Assembly (NCBI GenBank): GCA_049511795.1
Contig: JBEKXS010000003.1
Location: 1-24,296, forward strand
Direction of reading: 5' to 3'
Length of the DNA stretch: 24,296 nucleotides
Source: Candidatus Saccharimonadota bacterium
GTDB lineage: Archaea > Nanobdellota > Nanobdellia > Pacearchaeales > GW2011-AR1
Notes under the pieces: generated by a model
What the model was told of the DNA's origin: nothing
The model's database searches: none
The model's input: only the letters and a program-made list of their open reading frames with translations
In this document: piece after piece, positions 1-5,273 of the stretch
Position numbering within the stretch: the first letter of the stretch is position 1
Layout: every line of letters begins with the position of its first letter
Made by a program: the position numbers and the translations under genes

Positions 1-122
1 ACAAGATAGCCGAATATCGTAGAAAGAACAAAGACAAGATAGCCGAACAAAAAGCTGAATATTATAGAAAGAACAAAGACAAGATAGCTGAATATTTAGC
101 TGAATATTATAGAAAGAACAAA
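1..122. repeat. Terminal direct overlap; nt 1-122 are identical to nt 24175-24296 (circular closure or terminal redundancy)
   Basis: Base-by-base comparison of both ends. The overlap lies inside a coding tandem-repeat array, but unique flanks on both sides fit one continuous ORF. Confidence 0.9.
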
Positions 123-188
123 AGGCAGAGAATGTCAGAGAGATATTCAAAATTACTAAAAGGGGGTCTCAATTCCTCCCAAGCTTGA
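3..188 (+). CDS. 3' part of the KIAEY/YRKNKDKI repeat protein (continuation of 23943..24296 across the junction); ends ...RQRMSERYSKLLKGGLNSSQA*
   Basis: Open frame from the window edge to TGA at 186-188. The frame matches 23943+3n once the 24174-nt offset is applied. The last 9 codons are shared with the methyltransferase gene. Confidence 0.7.
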   Translation, partial: KIAEYRRKNKDKIAEQKAEYYRKNKDKIAEYLAEYYRKNKRQRMSERYSKLLKGGLNSSQA

Positions 189-219
189 AAGCATGGGTAT
201 CCTTGAGACGATTATATGA
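158..219 (+). repeat. 62-nt gene-boundary element, copy 1 (identical to 3443-3504); long imperfect hairpin
   Basis: Perfect 62/62 identity. Outer stem is GTCTCAA (166-172) with TTGAGAC (203-209). Inner stem is CCCAAGC with GCATGGG (one mismatch). The upstream TGA stop lies in the loop and the downstream ATG (216) is inside the repeat. Confidence 0.9.
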
Positions 220-407
220 CACAAAAACAAATAACAAAACAAGAAGAGTTTAATGAAGCAACAAAACCAATTAGAAAATATGTAACAACTATTCCCATTC
301 TTTTGATAGGATTTACTGTTCTATTTGGTTTTCCATTTGGAATTAATTTAATGTCTATTCCTATATTTTCATTGGGAATTATAAATTGGATATATTATTC
401 AAAATGA
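216..407 (+). CDS. Small membrane protein (63 aa) with MTQKQ leader
   Basis: ORF track. Has a hydrophobic C-terminal two thirds. The start ATGACACAAAAACAAA is shared with ORFs at 20350 and 23775. Confidence 0.55.
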   Translation: MTQKQITKQEEFNEATKPIRKYVTTIPILLIGFTVLFGFPFGINLMSIPIFSLGIINWIYYSK

Positions 408-550
408 CAACACAAAAAACAAACACACGAGGGGGAACACAAACCCCCCAGAAAAACACAGAAACAAAGAAGAAGAAATGTAGAACTTGTTTAATTCCTT
501 TAATTCCAAATCATCCTAAATTAAATAAGATTATTCACTTTTTATGCTAA
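404..550 (+). CDS. Hypothetical 48-aa protein (MTTQKTNTRGG...CRTC...)
   Basis: ATGA overlap with the previous stop (405-407). Manually translated. Short, and contains a G5/C6 hairpin. Confidence 0.3.
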   Translation: MTTQKTNTRGGTQTPQKNTETKKKKCRTCLIPLIPNHPKLNKIIHFLC

Positions 551-551
551 A

Positions 552-599
552 ATGACGACTGAAACAGAAATCTTCGGCGATGATGCTGAATTAAAATGA
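552..599 (+). other. 15-codon mini-ORF whose first 19 nt (ATGACGACTGAAACAGAAA) equal the start of the gene at 22242; probable recombination remnant
   Basis: Direct sequence identity between 552-570 and 22242-22260. The ORF stops after MTTETEIFGDDAELK. Confidence 0.35.
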
Positions 600-629
600 A
601 GCCACAAAAACGGAGAAAATTTAGATAAC

Positions 630-1517
630 ATGGAAAAAAAAGAGGTAGATAAAGAAGTAAAAGTCCAAAAGTCAAGCTTTTACTTGTTCTTATTCAATCG
701 CATCAAGGAGGGAAAAACACCTTCTTCTATTTCTAAGGAGTATCAAATCCCTAAGCAAAAGCTCCAATATTATCTAAATCAGCTGAAGAAAGGAGGTTTC
801 ATAGAAAAAGTCGGTTACAAATCATGGAAAGTAAAAGTAAAAGAGTTCTCGTTAGGAACGAGACCGACAACCAACCTTCATGCCTTACAAATCAATATTC
901 CTATTCTTTCAGGGGAAATCAAGGGGTCGGACTGGGAAGTAAAAGAAGAATTAAGAAACTGGACTCCAAAATACAAAACTTTGGACATCTTAGGAGGTCT
1001 TACCATTAAAAACAATAATAATAAATCTATCAGCATCTTTGCTCATTCAAGGGATTTGAAGGAGTTGAAGGAGATTGATGCCCTTTCTTATGATATAGTA
1101 AATTTCGCATTAGAATGGTTTAAGCGAGACTTTAATGTAACTCTTGACTTGTTCAATGCAGAAGTCAAATCTCTTCATATCGCCACTCAAGATAAAGTAA
1201 GCGAAGATATGCAGAAGCAAGGAGATAGGTTTGAATTGGACTTGCAGAAGAAGGCAGAAAAGGTTTTTCCTAAAGATAAGATAGACGGAAAAGCATGGAT
1301 TGATGGTTCTCCTTTCACTTTTACAGCAGAAACAAATGATAAGGAATGGAAAAGAGCTTACTTGTCTATGCCTTTTATGATGGAAGAAATAGCAAAAGCA
1401 ACCCATTATATCGCATTAAACTATGCTTCCCATGTCAAACTGGTAGAAAAAGCAAGTAAAGTAATGGAGAAGCTGGATAAAAGATTATCTCAAACTAAAT
1501 TAACGGAGTTCCTATGA
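630..1517 (+). CDS. 295-aa protein with N-terminal winged-helix-like DNA-binding region; candidate regulator or replication-initiation protein
   Basis: The N-terminus, ...TPSSISKEYQIPKQKLQYYLNQLKKGGFIEKVGY, looks like a wHTH. It is first in an ATGA-coupled operon. No HUH or polymerase motifs were seen. Confidence 0.6.
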   Translation: MEKKEVDKEVKVQKSSFYLFLFNRIKEGKTPSSISKEYQIPKQKLQYYLNQLKKGGFIEKVGYKSWKVKVKEFSLGTRPTTNLHALQINIPILSGEIKGSDWEVKEELRNWTPKYKTLDILGGLTIKNNNNKSISIFAHSRDLKELKEIDALSYDIVNFALEWFKRDFNVTLDLFNAEVKSLHIATQDKVSEDMQKQGDRFELDLQKKAEKVFPKDKIDGKAWIDGSPFTFTAETNDKEWKRAYLSMPFMMEEIAKATHYIALNYASHVKLVEKASKVMEKLDKRLSQTKLTEFL

Positions 1518-1714
1518 CACTTGAACAATCAGTTTCTTCAAATCCAGATCCAGCAATTCGTTTTTATGAAAGCAACCTTACAGAAGAAGAAATAGCAAAG
1601 CTAAAGCTATTCTCCAAGACAGAGGAAGACTATGTATCCAGGTTGATTGATGCTTACAAGATGACTTTTCTAAACAAGAGATATGAGATAGTAAGAGGAG
1701 AAGAAGAATTATGA
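1514..1714 (+). CDS. Hypothetical 66-aa acidic protein
   Basis: ORF track; ATGA overlaps at both ends. Confidence 0.55.
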   Translation: MTLEQSVSSNPDPAIRFYESNLTEEEIAKLKLFSKTEEDYVSRLIDAYKMTFLNKRYEIVRGEEEL

Positions 1715-1953
1715 AGCAGCAGCTAATTCCCCAAGTTCAGAAAAAACCAATCATTAGAGTTCTCTGTCCTTACTGCCAGAAGAACTATTTGGTTTTGAGA
1801 AATAGACAATCAAACTTGAACCTTTCTTTTTTTGTAAGAAAATGGAAGGAAGAAAGAGAATGGCATTGCTCTGGCGGATGTATTTCTTCTTTCCCTGAAA
1901 ACTACTTTGATGTTTTTCCACAGTTTGAGAAATTTGTGGAGAGGAAAGTATGA
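1711..1953 (+). CDS. Small zinc-ribbon-like protein (CPYC ... HCSGGC)
   Basis: ORF track; Cys pairs; ATGA overlaps at both ends. Confidence 0.55.
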   Translation: MKQQLIPQVQKKPIIRVLCPYCQKNYLVLRNRQSNLNLSFFVRKWKEEREWHCSGGCISSFPENYFDVFPQFEKFVERKV

Positions 1954-2057
1954 AAGAAAAAATACAGAAAATCTTGTTCAAGATAGGAGAAGCAATCCTT
2001 ACAGGATTAGGAGTTACAATAGGCGCTTACTTGGCAGGAGTAGTGATAAGAAGATGA
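1950..2057 (+). CDS. 35-aa single-pass membrane peptide (MKEKIQKILFKIGEAILTGLGVTIGAYLAGVVIRR)
   Basis: Manually found. The ATG overlaps the previous TGA (1951-1953), and its TGA (2055-2057) overlaps the recombinase ATG (2054). Confidence 0.4.
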   Translation: MKEKIQKILFKIGEAILTGLGVTIGAYLAGVVIRR

Positions 2058-2596
2058 AAGTTTGTTTATATGCAAGAGTTTCAAAAGAAGAAGAAGGAAT
2101 GCAAGACCCAAACAATCAGCTTATTCCTTTAAGAAAATTCTGTGAATCAATGCAATGGGAAATAAAAAAAGAATTTATTGACAGGGCTTCTGGAGGTTCT
2201 GCAAACAGACCAGCATTTCAATTAATGTTAAGTGAAGTAAAGCAAAGGCATTTTGATTTGATTCTTATTTGGGCATTAGACAGATTTTCAAGAGAAGGAA
2301 TTGTTAGCACATTAAAATATTGCCAACTTCTTAATGATTATAAAACTTCCTTAAAGAGTCTGCAGGAATCATGGTTAGATACAAGAGATGAAGGCATGGG
2401 GCAATTAATGTTGGCAATGATGGCTTGGTTTGCCCAACAAGAAAGAAAAAGAATAAGTGATAGAACAAAAGCAGGATTAAAACAAAAGAAAGAAGAAGGG
2501 AAGATTTTGGGAAGACCAAAGGGATGGAGAAAAAGTAAAATAAAAGGGGTTCAAAATCCTTCTTATAAAAACACTCAAAAAGAGGTAGAGGTTTAG
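2054..2596 (+). CDS. Small serine recombinase (resolvase/invertase catalytic domain), 180 aa
   Basis: MKVCLYARVSKEEEG (catalytic Ser context), DRASG, LIWALDRFSREG, and the E-helix QQERKRISDRTKAGL...GRPKG. I prefer the ATG at 2054 over the track start at 1907. The C-terminal tail is short with no obvious HTH. Confidence 0.8.
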   Translation: MKVCLYARVSKEEEGMQDPNNQLIPLRKFCESMQWEIKKEFIDRASGGSANRPAFQLMLSEVKQRHFDLILIWALDRFSREGIVSTLKYCQLLNDYKTSLKSLQESWLDTRDEGMGQLMLAMMAWFAQQERKRISDRTKAGLKQKKEEGKILGRPKGWRKSKIKGVQNPSYKNTQKEVEV

Positions 2597-2636
2597 ATGT
2601 CCGTTTAATATGCAATTTGAAATAATCCAACTAAAA

Positions 2637-2789
2637 ATGGGAGGATGGAAGAAACTGAAATTTCCAAGAAGATGCAAAGTATGCAACAAAGTATTAGGCA
2701 AACAGAACAAATCAGGAATCTGCTCTAATTGCTCTCTTGAAATTCGTCAAAAAAATCAACATGACATACTCCCATACCCTAAAGGGTAG
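2637..2789 (+). CDS. 50-aa zinc-ribbon protein (CKVC...CSNC)
   Basis: Manual translation gives MGGWKKLKFPRRCKVCNKVLGKQNKSGICSNCSLEIRQKNQHDILPYPKG*. Its 3' end runs into the 50-nt boundary element. Confidence 0.4.
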   Translation: MGGWKKLKFPRRCKVCNKVLGKQNKSGICSNCSLEIRQKNQHDILPYPKG

Positions 2790-2810
2790 GGTATCTTAAA
2801 GAAAATGGAA
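2761..2810 (+). repeat. 50-nt gene-boundary element, copy 1 (identical to 23899-23948) with a dyad-symmetric core
   Basis: Perfect 50/50 identity. Hairpin is ATACCCTA (2774-2781) with TAGGGTAT (2787-2794). An overlapping palindrome TACCCT-AA-AGGGTA spans 2775-2788. The element ends with ATGGAA, the first 2 codons of the downstream gene. Confidence 0.9.
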
Positions 2811-3473
2811 ACAAAAACAATAAAGATTTTGAATTTATATGCTGGAATTGGTGGAAATAGAAAACTATGGACAGGAGATATAGAAGTTACGGCAGTAGAG
2901 AATGTTCCAGAGATAGCTAAGATATACCAAGACTTTTTCCCTAATGATAAGGTAATAGTAACAGATGCACACCAATTTTTATTAGAACATTTTAAAGAAT
3001 TTGATTTTATATGGAGTTCTCCACCTTGTCCAAGTCATAGTAGGATAAATACTATGTTAGTAAATGGAAGAGGGTTTAAAGCAAAGTTTCCAGATATGAA
3101 ACTTTATGAAGAGATATTGTTTCTACAAGCATACTTTAAAGGGAAATGGATTGTTGAGAATGTTAGAAGTTTTTATACTCCTTTAATTAAACCACAAGAA
3201 AGAGGTAGACATTATTATTGGAGTAATTTTGAGATAGGATATTTAGGAAAAAGTAAGAAAGTTAGGAATGATAAAGGTTCAATTTTGAGTTTAAAAATGA
3301 AAGATAGAGAAATGGTTGTTAGTGATTTTAAAGATTATAAAGGGGATAAAAGGACTTTGATAAATAATTGTGTAGAACCTATTGTAGGATTATTAATATT
3401 TGAAATGGCTTTCAAGAAACCACAAAAAACTTTATTAGAACAAAAAGGGGGTCTCAATTCCTCCCAAGCTTGA
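2805..3473 (+). CDS. Compact DNA (cytosine-5) methyltransferase, 222 aa; no adjacent restriction endonuclease recognised
   Basis: Motif I LNLYAGIGGN; motif IV SSPPCPSHS (Pro-Cys); motif VI IVENV; motif VIII-like QERGRHYYW; motif X-like NNCVEPIVGLLIF. The target-recognition region is very short. Confidence 0.8.
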   Translation: METKTIKILNLYAGIGGNRKLWTGDIEVTAVENVPEIAKIYQDFFPNDKVIVTDAHQFLLEHFKEFDFIWSSPPCPSHSRINTMLVNGRGFKAKFPDMKLYEEILFLQAYFKGKWIVENVRSFYTPLIKPQERGRHYYWSNFEIGYLGKSKKVRNDKGSILSLKMKDREMVVSDFKDYKGDKRTLINNCVEPIVGLLIFEMAFKKPQKTLLEQKGGLNSSQA

Positions 3474-3504
3474 AAGCATGGGTATCCTTGAGACGATTAT
3501 ATGA
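3443..3504 (+). repeat. 62-nt gene-boundary element, copy 2 (identical to 158-219)
   Basis: Perfect identity. Contains the last 9 codons plus stop of the methyltransferase and the ATG (3501) of the next gene. Confidence 0.9.
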
Positions 3505-3806
3505 ACACAAAAGAATTCTTCACTAAGTGGAAGCAGGGAATAGAAGCAATAACACCTTACCAGCAAGTCAGGGGTCAGTTATTCAGCATAATCCCAATCT
3601 TCATAGGAATTATCATAGGAATAATAGTAACAATAAAATCTCATACTTGGTGGCTTGTCTTAATTTTAGGTGGCTCTTTAATCCTGACTTTCTTCCAATT
3701 TATAGGAATGCTGCAAAGATTTTTAAGGTTGAGAGTCCAAAGAGATATTATGAAGTCCATGCAGGATGTGATTCCAGGAGGTTCAAGTGAAACCAAGACT
3801 CCTTAG
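3501..3806 (+). CDS. Membrane protein, 101 aa, two predicted TM helices
   Basis: ORF track; two hydrophobic stretches (IIPIFIGIIIGIIVTI, WWLVLILGGSLILTFFQFIGM). Confidence 0.6.
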   Translation: MNTKEFFTKWKQGIEAITPYQQVRGQLFSIIPIFIGIIIGIIVTIKSHTWWLVLILGGSLILTFFQFIGMLQRFLRLRVQRDIMKSMQDVIPGGSSETKTP

Positions 3807-4005
3807 ATTTCTTGCAGGGCTTTCAATAGCTTCTTCTCTTATGTTTATTCTTAGTAACATTGCAGCAATAAATGATGTAATGAAAGCAAACATTCCAAAC
3901 AAATTTCCCATTTATCTTGAAGCCATCATTTATCTTGTTCTTCTCATCGTTGATTTGATTGTCGCATTTCAGCTGTGGGAAAAGGCAAAGAAGAGGTTAA
4001 AGTAA
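3787..4005 (+). CDS. Membrane protein, 72 aa (GTG start; start uncertain)
   Basis: ORF track; two hydrophobic helices; overlaps the previous ORF by 20 nt. Confidence 0.5.
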   Translation: MKPRLLRFLAGLSIASSLMFILSNIAAINDVMKANIPNKFPIYLEAIIYLVLLIVDLIVAFQLWEKAKKRLK

Positions 4006-4006
4006 T

Positions 4007-4525
4007 ATGGTAAATAATTGTTTATGGTGTGGAGAACCAATTTTAGAAGGAATAAATAGGGAATATCATCCAATTTGTGTTAAAAGGAAATATAATTTTA
4101 ATAATAGAAAAAAAGCATCAGAGTATTTCCAAAAGAACAAGGAGAAGATTTATTCAGTTAAGAGAATTTATAACATTAAAAATAAGGAAAAAATAGATGA
4201 AATAAAAAGAAAGTATAGGATAAAGAATAGGGAAATTCTAAATAAAAAGGCATTAAAACATTCTAAAAAAAATAGAGACAAAATAAATAAATATCATAAA
4301 GAATGGAAGAAAAATAACAAAAAGATAGTTAATGCAGAAAATCAGGCATCTATAAAAATTCAATTATTAGATTCTTGTCAAATTTGTGGAAGTAAAGAGA
4401 ATCTACAAAGACATCACTGGGATTATAACAGACCATTATTAGTTACTACTTTATGTAAAGATTGTCATAGAATTCAACATATAAAGAACTTTGAAAACAG
4501 TTTCTTTGGGAGGGTATCTTGTTAG
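4007..4525 (+). CDS. HNH endonuclease with a Lys-rich KNKEKI-type repeat region
   Basis: N-terminal CLWCGE...C. The central region has repeated (Y)xxKNKEKI / KNREIL / KNRDKI motifs. C-terminal CQICG...LQRHHWDYN...CKDCHRIQH fits an HNH/beta-beta-alpha-Me motif. Confidence 0.8.
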   Translation: MVNNCLWCGEPILEGINREYHPICVKRKYNFNNRKKASEYFQKNKEKIYSVKRIYNIKNKEKIDEIKRKYRIKNREILNKKALKHSKKNRDKINKYHKEWKKNNKKIVNAENQASIKIQLLDSCQICGSKENLQRHHWDYNRPLLVTTLCKDCHRIQHIKNFENSFFGRVSC

Positions 4526-4791
4526 GAGATGTCTGGGATTGGATAGCAGAAAAAACAGGAGAAAGCTGGGAAACATTCTTAGGATATTTTTCTAATCTTA
4601 ATGAATTCTCTACTCCTGGATTAGTTGGAGGAATAATCTGCATGGGCTTTATTTTCTTCGTAAGGGGAAAACTTCTCAATCCATTCATCAAGGCAATGCC
4701 AGTAGCTCAAGGTGTTATAACTTATATTATTTGTTTTGCAGGAGCATTTATTGTAGGATACTTATTCATGAAGAGGGCATTTGAACAATGA
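4519..4791 (+). CDS. Membrane protein, 90 aa (TTG start; start uncertain)
   Basis: ORF track; two TM-like segments; no in-frame ATG near the 5' end. Confidence 0.45.
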   Translation: MLGDVWDWIAEKTGESWETFLGYFSNLNEFSTPGLVGGIICMGFIFFVRGKLLNPFIKAMPVAQGVITYIICFAGAFIVGYLFMKRAFEQ

Positions 4792-4801
4792 AAGGAGGTC
4801 T

Positions 4802-5161
4802 ATGGGAGAACGATTTGAAAGATTCAAGCTGGACTTGCACAATAAAATAAAGCAGGGAACAATAGAAAGCAATCTGAATGGAGAAAGAGTCCTGATGAAA
4901 TATGGAGGTTGGCATATTGGATTCTTTGACTTGAGAACCTGGCATGTTATCAATCCGCCAGTAGTAGAAGAAAATGGAAAGCTAAAGATGAATTGGCCTA
5001 ACTTTATTTTTGGAGGTTGGAAGAATCTCTGGAAACTTGTAGGAGTAATAATAGTATTCGGAGCTGTTTTATTGAGCTATTCTAATATAGTAAACCAATT
5101 CAATCATTTAGTAAAGACTTGCACACCTTATTCTGTTAATTTGTCAGCTGCATTGAAGTAA
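4802..5161 (+). CDS. Hypothetical protein with a C-terminal TM helix, 119 aa
   Basis: I prefer ATG 4802 (AAAGGAGGTCT ATG) over the track start 4781. It is the last gene before the convergent intergenic region. Confidence 0.6.
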   Translation: MGERFERFKLDLHNKIKQGTIESNLNGERVLMKYGGWHIGFFDLRTWHVINPPVVEENGKLKMNWPNFIFGGWKNLWKLVGVIIVFGAVLLSYSNIVNQFNHLVKTCTPYSVNLSAALK

Positions 5162-5164
5162 TTA

Positions 5165-5206
5165 GTTATTTTTTTGGATTTAACTTACCCTTCCTTTACT
5201 TTTTTC
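5165..5206 (+). terminator. T-runs after the + strand operon (T7 at 5169-5175, T6 at 5200-5205)
   Basis: Oligo-T tracts in a convergent intergenic region. This fits oligo-T termination, which is an inference. Confidence 0.4.
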
Positions 5207-5260
5207 TGATTTCCTTAGCCAGGTTAATTATTATAAAGTATACTTATAACCGAGAATTAG

Positions 5261-5270
5261 ACAAAAAACC
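5261..5270 (-). terminator. T6 run just downstream of the ATPase stop (minus strand)
   Basis: A6 on the + strand at 5263-5268, a few nt beyond the stop at 5274-5276. Confidence 0.35.
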
Positions 5271-5273
5271 TTA

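Larger units (their letters stand above)
2761..3504 (+). mobile_element. Putative gene cassette: 50-nt 5' element, then methyltransferase ORF, then 62-nt 3' element
   Basis: The same two flanking elements bound an unrelated ORF at 23899..(junction)..219. Mobility is an inference only. Confidence 0.3.

Noticed and set aside
1-122. Terminal repeats as LTRs or inverted terminal repeats of a linear genome
   Set aside because: The repeats are direct, not inverted. They fall in the middle of an ORF that is only complete when the ends are joined. A circular or circularly permuted genome is the simpler reading. Defined direct terminal redundancy cannot be excluded without reads.
1907-2053. Longer N-terminal extension of the recombinase ORF (track start 1907)
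   Set aside because: The extension is Arg-rich junk-like sequence overlapping two other ORFs. The resolvase homology begins at MKVCLYARVS (ATG 2054), which also forms an ATGA overlap.
2805-3473. The methyltransferase as part of a restriction-modification system
   Set aside because: No neighbouring ORF has restriction-endonuclease features. The nucleases in the genome are homing-type and are located elsewhere.
2761-3504. Boundary elements as halves of a self-splicing intron or small ribozyme (hammerhead-like GAAA seen in the 62-nt element)
   Set aside because: No CUGAUGA or other conserved catalytic cores are present. The elements lie between genes rather than interrupting one. Pairing between the 5' and 3' elements is not evident.
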